IMG/VR virus record: IMGVR_UViG_3300022555_000029
Length of the DNA stretch: 64,000 nucleotides
Strand: one strand, 5' to 3'
Source: an uncultured virus (IMG/VR IMGVR_UViG_3300022555_000029)
Taxonomy: Duplodnaviria; Heunggongvirae; Uroviricota; Caudoviricetes
In this document: piece by piece, positions 29,191 through 40,419 of the stretch
Layout: each line of letters opens with the position of its first letter
How positions within the stretch are numbered: the stretch's first letter is position 1
The notes under the pieces: generated by a model
What the model was told of the DNA's origin: nothing
Database searches by the model: none
Seen by the model: the letters and a program-made list of their open reading frames with translations, nothing else
Translations under genes and position numbers: made by a program

Positions 29191-29688
29191 ATGGTATTTA
29201 TTGGCATAGATAATGGAGTGAGTGGTACTATAGGTATGATTGCTGACGATGGTAATGTAGTTAATTATGTCCATACGCCCGTTAAAAAAGAGTTAAACTA
29301 TACAAAGACCAAACAGTGGTTAAATCGTATTGATGGTATTGTGTTGTCTGAATTACTAGCTAATTATTCTGTAAATCAGGCTTTTGTTTATATTGAAAGA
29401 CCTTTTGTAAATCCTGGGATGTTTAAGGCGACTATATCAGCAATTAGGGCATTAGAGGCTACATTGATTGTTATTGAACAACTTAGGCTACCTTATCGAT
29501 ACATAGATAGTAAGGAGTGGCAGAAAGAACTTCTTCCTAGTGGGTTAGCAAAACTTGAACTTAAAATAGCTTCTTTACAAATTGGGCAGAGGCTATTTCC
29601 TAATGTAAACTTTAAAGGTTTTCCTGATGCTGATGGCTTACTCATTGCAGAATGGGCACGGAGAAATCATGGCAGAAGCTCAAAATAA
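29191..29688 (+). CDS. RuvC-like Holliday junction resolvase
   Basis: IGIDNG, YIE, WQK, DADGLLIA. Confidence 0.85.
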   Translation: MVFIGIDNGVSGTIGMIADDGNVVNYVHTPVKKELNYTKTKQWLNRIDGIVLSELLANYSVNQAFVYIERPFVNPGMFKATISAIRALEATLIVIEQLRLPYRYIDSKEWQKELLPSGLAKLELKIASLQIGQRLFPNVNFKGFPDADGLLIAEWARRNHGRSSK

Positions 29689-29844
29689 AGAGAGTAAAAG
29701 TCTCGAAGAACTTTTAAAGGAAGTAATTACTCGAACAGTAGATACATGGATTGCTGGGGAGGGTGATATTTCTATTGAGATAAGAGATGATGGTGGGGTA
29801 AAGAAGGCTAAAATCAAGGGCGGTGCAACCATGAGGATAAAATA

Positions 29845-30363
29845 ATGGACATTAAATCTAAAATAGAAGAAAGAGTAACAAAGATTAAATCACTTACTAT
29901 AAGACTTTCTTCAAAGGATAAGGATGATTTAGTTAAACTACTGAAAACACTTCCTAAAAGGGCTAAGCTAGATAGATTAGATGAATACATGTTGGATAGT
30001 TTGATTAATGCATTAGAAAATCCTGAAAAGGAATTGCCTGTGAAAGAGTTAAAAGAGGAACAATCAGAACAACCAGCTATTCGAGTATTAACTTCAGAAG
30101 AGCCAAAAGGTGCTCAAGTAATTATTCCACCAGATAAATTAGACAAAGTTAAAATCGTAAATGAGATAAAAGGTAGAGTAGATGTAAGTGGGAAAGAAGA
30201 CTTAACCACATGGATAAAAAACAGTATAAAGTTTGGGCAAGAGCAGTTTGGAATTAAGACTGTACCAAAGTCTATTACGTCAGAGGGATTTTATGATTGG
30301 CTATTAGGAGAAGGGATAATCTTTGCAGATGGAAGACCTAACCCAAATGCTGGCAAAAAATAA
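29845..30363 (+). CDS. Hypothetical protein
   Basis: 172-aa ORF. Confidence 0.55.
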   Translation: MDIKSKIEERVTKIKSLTIRLSSKDKDDLVKLLKTLPKRAKLDRLDEYMLDSLINALENPEKELPVKELKEEQSEQPAIRVLTSEEPKGAQVIIPPDKLDKVKIVNEIKGRVDVSGKEDLTTWIKNSIKFGQEQFGIKTVPKSITSEGFYDWLLGEGIIFADGRPNPNAGKK

Positions 30364-30727
30364 TCTTGTAATACTCATTGTAACTATATTGATAGTTATG
30401 GTAGTAATCGAGATTATGTCATATAGAAAAAACATATTCAAAATTACTGCGTACTGTGGTTGTAAGATATGCTGTGGTAAATGGAGTGGTGGACCTACAA
30501 AAACAGGAGCTAAGTTGAGATTTGGAGTATGTGCTGTAGACCCAAAAGTAATTCCTTTAAATAGTATCGTTACGATTGAGCATCTAGGTACTTTTAGAGC
30601 TGAAGATATTGGTGGTGATATTAAAGGTAGATGTATTGATATTTATACACCAGTTCATAGTGATGCTGTAGGATTTGGAGTTCACCACTTAAAGGTTAAA
30701 TGGAGAAAATCTAATGAAAAGAAATAA
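30323..30727 (+). CDS. Membrane-anchored 3D-domain (MltA-like) cell-wall protein
   Basis: TM helix; ITAYC, AVDPKVIPL, AEDIGG.IKG..IDIY; exact start uncertain. Confidence 0.85.
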   Translation: MQMEDLTQMLAKNNLVILIVTILIVMVVIEIMSYRKNIFKITAYCGCKICCGKWSGGPTKTGAKLRFGVCAVDPKVIPLNSIVTIEHLGTFRAEDIGGDIKGRCIDIYTPVHSDAVGFGVHHLKVKWRKSNEKK

Positions 30728-32304
30728 ATGTAAAGAATGCAAAGAATGGAAAAAGGATGAAGGTGTATGTGACTTAAATTATAATGTGCATTCCCCTGGA
30801 AAGAAAAGAGATTGCATCAATTTCAAACAAAGAAAAACACTTGAGTCAACTATTCCAGTATTTAGAATGCCTTGGATGTCTCGTTGGGATAAACGTAAAC
30901 TTCGATTAAGAGCTGAACTGGATAAAAAGAAACAACAAGAAATACAAAATTTACTTGACCAGCAAAAATTATTACAAGAAGTAGAACCACCTTCTGAAGT
31001 TGCTGTAGAAGCACCTAAAGGAATACAAGGTATAAAAGGGATTAAAGGTGTGCCTATTGTAAAGAAACCGACATTCTTTAAAAAGTTGTTTAGACAAAAG
31101 ATAATTTAATGCTACTTGCTTTGTTAGTAGTGATTGGACTTGCAATATTTTTAATACTAGTGAATGAGCATCAGTTTATGATAACATGCTATTCAACTAG
31201 TTGCGGGCATAATAGAAAAAAGAGATGTTTATTCAAAAAGATAGAAATTTATGATAACAATGCTTTAGGTATTTGTTTATGGCATACAGAATCTATGGAA
31301 AAGCGTTTATTGGAACCAATGCTTAAAGGGATAGAATTAGGTAAGAAAACTGGCCAAATCGAAATGATAGATGAATTCGTTAAGGGATTAGCTGATGGTA
31401 AAGCAATTAAAGACCCCGAGGAGTTTGCGAAATGGTTGACAAGGCATGGGATAAATCCGAAGACTTAGATATGTTTTGCTCAGTATGTGGACAAAGAGCT
31501 TGTTATATTTTTAGGGGTAAAAATTATTGTGACGAGCATTTAGAAAAGGCTTTAGAAGAATTTAGGTTAGATAAGGAGAAGAAAAATGATAAAAGTAATT
31601 GAAAATATAAAGAAATTCATAAAAGAGAATATTAAGGGTATCATAAAGTTTTTTGTACTAAAGGCTCTGGAAATATCTGCAGTTATTTTTGTACCTTACT
31701 GGCTCAGTATGGCTTGCAGGGAATGTTTTAATAAGACCACTAACAATCTGTTTATCTGGGCAGAAGGGTGGCTAGTTATTGCTGTTATGCTATTATGCTT
31801 GGCTATAGTATTATTTGTAGTTATAGTGCTCTTAATTTTTGCAATGTTCTTGTTTATGGGGATATTAGTCTGGATAAACTGGAACTGGCGATTAGCCACA
31901 GGCAGGAATAGATATGAAAAGAATGGTACTCTGGGGTGTGTAGATTGGCTTTATGAAAGAGTAGAGTGGGTTTTGGGAAAGATTAATTTTATTTAGGAGG
32001 ATTTATGGGTAGGAGACATATTTACTTTTGTGATAATTGTAAGAAAGATTTTGGAAATGATATTCATGTAAATATAAAAAGTGCTCAAGTATTCGTATCA
32101 TTTCCTCAAAAGATGGATGAGAAAGACCCTACTAAAACGGAATGGGGACAAAGACAAGCTCCAGTTAATCAATCTTCATTTAATCCACAGGAACATCACT
32201 TTTGTAATGGTAAATGTTTAGGAGAATTTACTGATAAAAAAATAGCTGGTATGATAGAAAAACTACATCATACCTATTTAGCGGGAGGGGGAAAAGATGC
32301 CTAA
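30714..32304 (+). other. Run of small hypothetical ORFs (30714-31109, 31109-31468, 31586-31996, 32005-32304)
   Basis: Tandem ORFs, several Cys-rich or membrane-spanning. Confidence 0.55.
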
Positions 32305-32429
32305 CACATATTGTGACCAAACTGATTGTGTATATAATGAACACGGAAAGTGTAGTAATGATGATATGATTGAGCTAGATAATAATGGAACTTGCCAAAC
32401 ATATGAGCAGAAACAATAGAGGAGGATGC

Positions 32430-32624
32430 ATGAAAGGAATAGTATTTGGTAGTTTAGGATGTTTATGGATAGCAATATTTAGTTTTTGTGCTTATTTTCT
32501 ACCTACGTTTATTGCACTAGCTATGCATCATACAAATTTATTGGCAATAGTCTTACTTAATACTTTTGCTGGGTGGACAGTATTAGGTTGGGTAGGGGCA
32601 TTAGTTTGGTCAGTAATGAAATAG
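32430..32624 (+). CDS. Superinfection immunity (T4 Imm-like) membrane protein
   Basis: YFLPTFIA...N...I.LLN..AGWTVLGWVGALVWS. Confidence 0.85.
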   Translation: MKGIVFGSLGCLWIAIFSFCAYFLPTFIALAMHHTNLLAIVLLNTFAGWTVLGWVGALVWSVMK

Positions 32625-33412
32625 GAGGTTTAGATGAAATTTCTTAAGCGATTATTATGTAAGCTTAGGGGCAAAGGGCATTCTTTTGGTTGTGCGATTC
32701 CAATAGTAGGTGCAAGAAATAAATATATTTGTTCTAGTTGTGGTAAAGAAAAGATTGAAAATGCATTACCGAATCCACCAAAATTTAGTAAAGAGTTCAA
32801 TGTTTAGACAGGAGGTTGAAATGAGTATACACGACAGAACAGTATATTGTAATTACTGCGATGCAATGGTTGGGGAAGATGATTGTTATGCTAATAAAAG
32901 AGGACTTTGGTCATGGGGACAACAAGGTATAGTTAGTGGTTATGGAGTATCAGGAAGTTGTGCTAATGTTATTAAACATGCTTGTCCTAACCCAATATGT
33001 GTGGCTAAACTAACTGCTTGGGCTCATAGTTAAATGGATAGGATAAGTCCTAAACATAAAGATATTTGGGATTTGATTGATTTTCTATTAGATTGTTTGG
33101 AATATCCACAACCAGGAGAGTTTAGACAATTGCCTACAATAGATGGTAAGGATTTAAGAGTTTACGCAATGGAAGAATATAGGAAGATAAAGAAAAGGTG
33201 AAATATGCTACAAGTAAACGATAGAGTAAAAGCAATTCTACCTTGTGATGGCAAAAGCTCAGTGCAGTATGAGCGAGGGCAAATCATTTACATAGGAAGG
33301 AGGGCATTGGTAAGATTTGATAGTCATGTTTGTGGTCATAGTGGGAATGGTTTAGGGGAAGATGGTTATCATTGGCTAATGAATTTGGAATATTTAGAAA
33401 AGGAGAATTAAA

Positions 33413-33691
33413 ATGGGAGATGGAATTAATACCAGAGCATTGTTTCAAATCAGAGCAGTAAGCAAAGAAACAGATGAGATTGTATTTAGCGCAGAAGTTA
33501 TAGCAGAGGGTGAGAAAGAGGCATTGTACGAGAGCGATATGAAAGAGATTTTGAAGAAGGCTGGATTAGGCAAAGGCGATGTTCATATCTTAGTTAAGGC
33601 CTTTGGTACATTACCTGCTAAGGAAGATATCAAAAACGTTAGACTTATTGGTTCAGTTGCGGGTCTTTCGTTGGTAAAAGATAAAAAGTAA
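33413..33691 (+). CDS. Hypothetical protein
   Basis: SD AAGGAG; first gene of an apparent three-gene module. Confidence 0.55.
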   Translation: MGDGINTRALFQIRAVSKETDEIVFSAEVIAEGEKEALYESDMKEILKKAGLGKGDVHILVKAFGTLPAKEDIKNVRLIGSVAGLSLVKDKK

Positions 33692-33718
33692 CAATATAGA
33701 TAAAGACAAGGAGGAAAG

Positions 33719-34021
33719 ATGGAAGTAGCAGAGAAAATGTGTGAGATGCGTTTACTGATTTCAGCTAAGGAGCTGGAAGGTTTTAAGAAAGACTTTCCTG
33801 GTATCAAGTGGCAAGCTGGTGATACTACTATTCGTTGGAATGGTAATAATCCAGAAGAAGTTGAAATGGCTAGAAAGGCTTTTGAGGCATATAAACAAAA
33901 GCATCCGAAAGCAATGGCGTTTAAAATGCTCAGGGATGATAGAAAAGATACTACAGAGATTAAAGAATTTGACCCTAATGCAGAATGTATTGTTATTGGG
34001 CATTGGTCCGAAAAAGGGTAA
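33719..34021 (+). CDS. Hypothetical protein (GDT.I.W...FDP.AE motif)
   Basis: SD AGGAGG. Confidence 0.6.
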   Translation: MEVAEKMCEMRLLISAKELEGFKKDFPGIKWQAGDTTIRWNGNNPEEVEMARKAFEAYKQKHPKAMAFKMLRDDRKDTTEIKEFDPNAECIVIGHWSEKG

Positions 34022-34027
34022 TAAAGT

Positions 34028-34753
34028 ATGAAAGTATACGGTAAAAGAAGTGGTTCTTGGCTAGAGAAATGTAGAATTAGTTTGCAAAAAGCTAGGGGAA
34101 CTGCTAGAACTTTACCTCGTAGCGAGAAACAAAAAACTATTGCAAAGTTGACTGGTTATAGAATGGGGAAGAGTAATATAGGAAATAAACAATCTTTAGT
34201 AACACTAGAAAAAAGACGTAAGAGTTTAACAGGTCATAATGTTTCCGAAAATACTCGTCTCAAAATAGGTAGCAAAAATAAAATTAAACTAAAATTGTAT
34301 TATAGTTTAGGGGGTAAAACTTGGAATAAAGGTTTAACTAAAGAAAGTGATTGTAGAGTTAGAAGACAATCAGATAGGGTTAGAGGAAGAAAAAAGTCTC
34401 CTGAGCACATTCAAAAGGCTTTACGAGCATCTTTAAAATCTTTACATATTAAACCTAATAAATTTGAATCTAAAGCTTTAAATTATCTTAACTCTATTTA
34501 TAATAATTCATTTGTTTATATTGGAGATGGTTCATATCTTGTAAATGGTAGGTCGCCAGATGCTATTTCAAGAGATTACAAAACTGTAGCATTGTTTCAT
34601 GGGGTATACTGGCATTTGACGAAGATTTGTTTAGAAAACACCCCCGAAAATAAAAAGTTGGTTGAGGACAGAGATTCCATACACTTTATTAAAGAAGGTT
34701 TTAGTGTCATTGGTATTTGGGAAGATGACCTAGTTGAGATGACGAAAGGTTAA
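34028..34753 (+). CDS. Putative homing endonuclease (NUMOD + PD-(D/E)XK/Vsr-like)
   Basis: WNKGLTKE; KPNKFE...YIGDG...SPD...FHGVYWH...IWEDD. Confidence 0.8.
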   Translation: MKVYGKRSGSWLEKCRISLQKARGTARTLPRSEKQKTIAKLTGYRMGKSNIGNKQSLVTLEKRRKSLTGHNVSENTRLKIGSKNKIKLKLYYSLGGKTWNKGLTKESDCRVRRQSDRVRGRKKSPEHIQKALRASLKSLHIKPNKFESKALNYLNSIYNNSFVYIGDGSYLVNGRSPDAISRDYKTVALFHGVYWHLTKICLENTPENKKLVEDRDSIHFIKEGFSVIGIWEDDLVEMTKG

Positions 34754-34754
34754 T

Positions 34755-35660
34755 ATGGCATTCAGTATAAGACCTGTTGATTTTTATCAGACAGAGGTCG
34801 CTTTAAAGTATCGTATGCCTAATGGTGAGACAAAAGTATCTTGCCAAAGGGTTACTGCTGATTTGCTTACTCAACGAGATGCAAATGCACAAGCTAATAT
34901 GCTTGAGTATGTTAAAGATGCTTTAAAAGATAAAGCAGAAAGAGAGATTAAAGATTATGTTAGACAACATGCTCAGGAGGGAAGGATGCCAGATATGATG
35001 TATACTGATTATGCAACGGGTGCTGCTGGTTGGTATGGTGCCACTACTTCGGCTACAGCAAATTACGCTACTCGTTATGTATATACAAATGAATATAATG
35101 CTACTTATGCTAATTGGGAACCTGCACCAGCAGTTGAAGGCGGTAATTGTATTCAGACTCAACAAATCAACAGGACTAAAATAGTATATAATGATGGTAA
35201 GAGAAAGTTAATAATCGAAAAGGATGTTAATTTTGAGATTGAGATTACACCAGAAGATATTCAAAATGCTAGAATCGCTTATTGGAAAGGTGCACGTATC
35301 AATATAATATCTAAAAGAGCTGAAACTAGAGCAGAAGAATTACTTAAGTCTTTTATCTCAGATATTGACTTCCGTAACTATCAAGAAAAAGGGTTCTTTA
35401 CTGTTAAGTCTGGGAATAGAATATTTAAGATACATAAAGACATACATAAACATATTGATATGTATGAAAAAGAAGGCGAGTTATTTGTTCCTAGGAATAG
35501 GTTATGTACACATACAGTAAACCGTGAGTTACCGAGAGCAGATGAGGCATTTCAGAAACTAATGTTGATAAGAAGTAATAAAGTAATTGAGCATAGCAAT
35601 TTACATGGCGCTAGTGATTTAAAGCCAGTAAGTAGAATAGAAGACCTTCTGTTAGTATGA
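34755..35660 (+). CDS. Hypothetical protein
   Basis: 301-aa ORF; C-term RAEELL...GFFTV...LCTH...LP..D...QKL. Confidence 0.6.
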   Translation: MAFSIRPVDFYQTEVALKYRMPNGETKVSCQRVTADLLTQRDANAQANMLEYVKDALKDKAEREIKDYVRQHAQEGRMPDMMYTDYATGAAGWYGATTSATANYATRYVYTNEYNATYANWEPAPAVEGGNCIQTQQINRTKIVYNDGKRKLIIEKDVNFEIEITPEDIQNARIAYWKGARINIISKRAETRAEELLKSFISDIDFRNYQEKGFFTVKSGNRIFKIHKDIHKHIDMYEKEGELFVPRNRLCTHTVNRELPRADEAFQKLMLIRSNKVIEHSNLHGASDLKPVSRIEDLLLV

Positions 35661-35879
35661 GGGATATGATACTAGTTGCTATGCTAGGTTTAGTAGTTGC
35701 AGGTTATCTAATATTACTGGGCATAAAATGAAGTTAATAGGTAAATTGATTAAAGGTGGTCCTGGTGTTGGACAAGCAGAGATAGAAATCTCTAATGACG
35801 AGATACTTGCTCAGTTATCAGAAAAGGAAAAATTTAATCTTGCAACAAAGTTGTTGATTAAACCTACTAAGGGAAGAGA

Positions 35880-36338
35880 ATGAATCAAAAACATAAACAA
35901 TTTATGCTGGAAAGCAATCGTATTGAAGGAGAGTATAGGATTAATCCTGGTGATATAAATGCTATTCACTACGCTATCAATATGCCTGTAATGCTTAGAT
36001 TAGATGAGTTACTTCATTTACATAGCTTATTAGGTAGTTATCTAAATAAATCTTGGGTAGGTAAATTTAGAGTTATAAATGTTAAAGTTGGGAATTTTAT
36101 TCCTGTTTCGCATCAGCATATTCAATTAGCTATGGAAGAATACATCAAAGATTTTCCTATGTTAGACTCTTGGAGTGCTCATAACAAGTTTGAAAAAATT
36201 CATCCCTTTCAAGATTTGAATGGGAGAGTTGGTAGATTGCTATGGCTTAATAAAGCTATAGATGAAGGATATGATTTTTCTATTCCCTTCCTCCAAGCGT
36301 TTTATTATCAAACTTTATCACAATACGAGAGGAGATAA
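35880..36338 (+). CDS. Fic-domain protein
   Basis: ESNRIEG and HPFQDLNGRVGR. Confidence 0.9.
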   Translation: MNQKHKQFMLESNRIEGEYRINPGDINAIHYAINMPVMLRLDELLHLHSLLGSYLNKSWVGKFRVINVKVGNFIPVSHQHIQLAMEEYIKDFPMLDSWSAHNKFEKIHPFQDLNGRVGRLLWLNKAIDEGYDFSIPFLQAFYYQTLSQYERR

Positions 36339-36339
36339 G

Positions 36340-36810
36340 ATGAAAGAATTTAAAGCTCCGCAAAGATATTTTATAGGAGAAGAAGATAGGGTAGTGTTCT
36401 TAGCTGGTAGTATAGAAATGGGTAAAGCTGATAATTGGCAAACTAGGATAGTTAAGGCATTAAAGGGGAAGAATGGAATTATTCTTAATCCAAGAAGAGA
36501 TGATTGGGATAGTTCTTGGGTCCAGGAAATAGATAATCCAAAGTTTAGGGAGCAAGTAGAATGGGAACTAAAGGCTATGGAGGATGCTCATATAATAGCT
36601 ATGATGTTTGACCCTGCGACAAAATCTCCCATAACATTGCTTGAGTTGGGGTTATGGACTGTTATGTATGGTGGTAATCAAAAACTTTTGGTATGTTGTC
36701 CTAAAGGTTATTGGAGAAAAGGTAACGTAGATATTGTTTGCAGAAAATATAAAATACCTATGGTGGTAAGTGAGCAAGATTTAATTCTAACCATAAAACA
36801 TAAAATATAG
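36340..36810 (+). CDS. Nucleoside 2-deoxyribosyltransferase-like protein
   Basis: VFLAGSIEMG...WQ, NPRR, QVEWE, SPITLLELG, WRKGNV. Confidence 0.85.
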   Translation: MKEFKAPQRYFIGEEDRVVFLAGSIEMGKADNWQTRIVKALKGKNGIILNPRRDDWDSSWVQEIDNPKFREQVEWELKAMEDAHIIAMMFDPATKSPITLLELGLWTVMYGGNQKLLVCCPKGYWRKGNVDIVCRKYKIPMVVSEQDLILTIKHKI

Positions 36811-36956
36811 AATGACTAAAGAACGTAAGAAGCTAGAAAGAGAATTTATTATGTCATTCATGCCATTATTAGAGATACCTGAAACACCTATTTTGAATTT
36901 ATTAAATAAAAAAAGGAGTAAAATGGTAAAGAGTAAAAAAGTAGCCAGGAGTAGTT

Positions 36957-39022
36957 ATGGAAGAAGTAGCTAAAGTAGAAACAAGAGCCGTAAGAGTAGC
37001 AAAACGTAGAGCTGAAGTATTGAAAGATTTTAACGATAAGTTTGCTGACTTTTGTATAGAAGAAGCTAAGACTAAAAATACTCCACACGAGCAGTTACGT
37101 AGTGCAGTATATAAGCTTGATTTGTATATTCAAAGTTTAATAAAAGCTAAACCGCAAGAGCAATCTTTTTATGTATCAGTTGCATTAGAATTTCAAAGAC
37201 AAAAGGTTAAACTACTACAAGATATACAAGATGCGAAGAAAAAGACTAACGATAGCACAGATAAAAAGATTGGCTAAGATATTTCCATTAAGTCCTCGTG
37301 AATATGAGTTGTTTGAAAAATATATGAGGAGGAGTAAAAAATGAGGGTATTTCTTTTTTACGCAGTTGGATACATTTTTGGTTATTGCGTAGCTGTATGG
37401 CAAACTAACAACAAATGGATTTGGGCTTCTAATGCTCCTAATTTAAGGCAGATTTGTAGAAAAGAAAATTCTCTGTTAAAGATGAAGGTGTTGATAATAG
37501 TGATGTAGAAGTATCAGCTTGTTATAAAGGAAGGACGAAATGAAAGATTTAGCAATGATATGGTTTATTCTTTTTGTTTATTTTATTGGAATGCTCTTAG
37601 GTATACATATCGAGAGAGGAAGGACAAAGTGAGTGCACAACTAGCATTTGAAATAGCTGCTATGACTGTAGTTGTAGTATTAGTGATTAAAGATGGAATA
37701 ACAGGAGAAAGATGATGCGATACATTATAATTTGTCTATGTATGGTTATGCTGGTTGGCTGCAACTATCGTGGTAATAGAGATATCATTAGAGAATTGGA
37801 AGTAAAGGTAGAATTGCAGAATGTGGCAATTGAAGTTCAGAACAAAGCTTTAAATGATTTAACTAAACTATTAAAGAAAATAGAAGCTGATTTAGAGACC
37901 ATACCTAGATGGTCAAGACTACCACCCAAGGATAAATGATGAATGGAAATGCAGGGCTGTCTAGTATTAGATTATAGGTCTTTTAGGGTTACTGATGGAA
38001 TTGAGTATTGGAAAGTATTAAGTCCATCATTATTGTTTAGATTGATTTATAAGAAACGAAAACGAGATGGAGTTTGTGGTAGGTGGTTAGTAAAAGGTAA
38101 TTGGGTAATCTGGTTTAAGAAAGAGAAGTGGTATAATGAAACATCAATTACAAAAGAAAAGCTTTACTACAAAAGGGGGGATATAAAGTGTTGAATGTTA
38201 TATTAGCGTTGTGTGGTGGTCTTTGTTTAGTAGCTATTATATTACTTATAACGTCATTCGCTAATTCTAAAGGTCCTAGAGAACATGAAAATGGAGAGTT
38301 GTAACTAAGGAGGAAACAAATGGTAGAGTTTAAGTTTGAGTTGGGTGATGAAGTAAAGGATACAATAACATCTTTCAAAGGAGTCATTGTTGCTAGGATT
38401 GAATGGATGAATGGTTGCATACGTTATGTTATTCAATCGCGTACTCGTTCTAAAGAAGGCAAACCTATTGATGACACAATAGACGAACAACAGTTAGAGT
38501 TAGTAAAGAAACCAAAAGTTAAAAAAGAATCACCAAGAAAAGGTGGACCTAAACCACAGGTATCTAGATTTAATAACGTTAAGTTCTAACTAAGGAGGAG
38601 TAATGGGAAAGTTTCGTAATCCGTTTAAGAAACAACAATCGCAAACAGAAGCACCTTCACAAGGCAAGGCACCAGAAGTAGAAATAGCTATAATCCTGGT
38701 ACAACATGAAAATGGTGGTCCTACTTTAGGCTATTTGAATGTAGGTGGAATAAAAACTAAGAGGCAAGCAACGATGAATGATATGTATAGAATGTGTAGT
38801 GAGGTATTACAGCAAGTAGCTACAATCAAAACAGCAGATAGAATTATAGGAATACTCCAATCAAAACCTGTAATACAACCTACAGAGAAACCTGCTGATA
38901 AACCAGGTGAAGCGCCAATAGTTACAGAAGGGTACAAAGAAGAGAAGAAAGAAGAGGTAAAAGAAGAAGTAAAGGAAGAAATCAAAACAGAGAAAAAAGA
39001 TGAAGCCAACGCTCCTAAATAG
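36957..39022 (+). other. Run of small hypothetical ORFs (36957-37277, 37712-37939 lipoprotein-like, 37943-38194, 38320-38589, 38603-39022)
   Basis: Tandem ORFs with SD sites; 37712 has an LVGC lipobox followed by a coiled coil. Confidence 0.55.
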
Positions 39023-39166
39023 AATAAAGGTTTGGTGGCATTGTTTAATACATTTGCATCAGCCAATAAATGTTACTGAAGGGGTCAATTTACCTGGTGG
39101 CATTTACATTCCATTGAAGAGAGTTAAAGTTGGTTGTTGGACTTGTGGATATGGTAAGGAGACTAA

Positions 39167-39523
39167 GTGAGGATATTTGTCCTGGATGATATGGAGAGTA
39201 GGATAGAATCCTTCGTTAAATGGTACGGACACAAACACGAACTAGTAGTAGCAAAAGACGCAGATGAAGCAATAACAATCTTGAGTAAGGATTTAGCGTT
39301 TGATGTATTGTTTCTGGACCACGATTTAGGCGATAGAATCTTCGTAGATGTAAAAGATGAGAACACAGGGAGTAGAGTAGCAAAGTTCTTAAGCGATAAA
39401 AAAGTAGAGGGGATGATAATAGTGCATTCGTGGAACCCAGTTGGAGCAAAAAACATGCTGGCGTACCTATCGAAGGCAATTTACATTCCAATCAGTTGCA
39501 AAGAGGCATTTGGTATAGAATAA
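39167..39523 (+). CDS. Stand-alone receiver-like domain (cyclic-phosphate-processing REC type)
   Basis: IFVLDD..R, LFLDHDLG, TG..VA, VHSWNPVG. Confidence 0.8.
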   Translation: MRIFVLDDMESRIESFVKWYGHKHELVVAKDADEAITILSKDLAFDVLFLDHDLGDRIFVDVKDENTGSRVAKFLSDKKVEGMIIVHSWNPVGAKNMLAYLSKAIYIPISCKEAFGIE

Positions 39524-39524
39524 T

Positions 39525-39597
39525 GCCCGCATAGCTCAGACGGTAGAGCAATTGTTTTGTAAACAAAAGGTCGGGGGTTCGATTCCTCCTGTGGGCT
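39525..39597 (+). tRNA. tRNA-Thr(UGU), CCA not encoded
   Basis: GCCCGCA/TGTGGGC acceptor stem, GCTC/GAGC D-stem, loop TT-TGT-AA, GGGGG-TTCGATT-CCTCC T-arm. Confidence 0.92.
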
Positions 39598-39603
39598 TAA
39601 AAT

Positions 39604-39810
39604 ATGAAGAACGACTTAGGAGAGCAACTCAGAGAGCTTAGGGAGCAAAATCAAATCACTCAAGAGGAACTAGGTAGGTTCTTGGGCGTAACGAGAATCA
39701 CAGTGCTTAGATGGGAACACAAGCATACGAACATTAGTAAGAGGATGAGGAGAAAGCTGGACAGTCTGTTGAAGATTCGTAGATGTCCAACATGCAACAA
39801 AGAGTTATAA
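39604..39810 (+). CDS. XRE-family HTH protein with C-terminal CxxC
   Basis: LRELRE...TQEELG..LGV...TV.RWE. Confidence 0.85.
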   Translation: MKNDLGEQLRELREQNQITQEELGRFLGVTRITVLRWEHKHTNISKRMRRKLDSLLKIRRCPTCNKEL

Positions 39811-39841
39811 TCTAGAGGTAGATTAGGTTTTGTCTTTAGAC

Positions 39842-39892
39842 GACCTGATTGACTATAGTATCCAATTCTATAGCAGTCAGGTCTTTTCTTTT
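39842..39892 (+). terminator. Intrinsic terminator
   Basis: GACCTGATTG.CTATAG...CTATAG.CAGTCAGGTC followed by TTTTCTTTT. Confidence 0.7.
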
Positions 39893-39956
39893 ATATGTGA
39901 GATATCAACTACTAATTAAATACAGATGAATACAGATTCTGTAGTGATTAAACTTT

Positions 39957-40343
39957 ATGTGTGAGAATTGTCCAAAAAGAGGCGAATGTACGAAAATATG
40001 CTTGGAGATGGAGAAGATACTGAATAGTCTGGACCACAGCATCGAGAGCAACTACATGGTGAAGTTCACTGACCCGCTGACACTCGACCAAATCTTGAAC
40101 GAGAAGATATATGGCAAAGCTCAAGCTTCGAACAAGAGACAAAGATTGTACAGAGTCTTGGACAAAAAGATAGGTCGATTGAGAGCAATGCAGAGAAGTT
40201 GTGTAGTACACTACTACGGACTACGAGGACACAATTCAATCTCACAACCGAAGATTGCACGTATGTTCAAGGTGTCACAGAACACAGTATGGTACCACTT
40301 GACACAAGCAAGGAAGCTGTTGAAGACAAAGCTATCAAAATGA
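39957..40343 (+). CDS. Sigma70 region-4-like HTH regulator (possible late activator)
   Basis: QR..V..YYG.....SQ.KIA....VSQ.TV...L..AR..L; N-terminal Cys cluster. Confidence 0.7.
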   Translation: MCENCPKRGECTKICLEMEKILNSLDHSIESNYMVKFTDPLTLDQILNEKIYGKAQASNKRQRLYRVLDKKIGRLRAMQRSCVVHYYGLRGHNSISQPKIARMFKVSQNTVWYHLTQARKLLKTKLSK

Positions 40344-40419
40344 TTAGTTTGTCTATAGAATTTATAATCTAGTGAAGGGATTTATTGTAAGTACTAATAC
40401 TGTCTTAAAATCTTACTAA

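Noticed and set aside
35728..35883. Small ORF containing LIKGGPGVG as another cargo protein
   Set aside because: Only a partial motif match, and it lies outside the head module; may be chance
39525..39597. tRNA as an attachment site or prophage boundary
   Set aside because: No integrase or duplicated tRNA end in the window; phage genes continue on both sides
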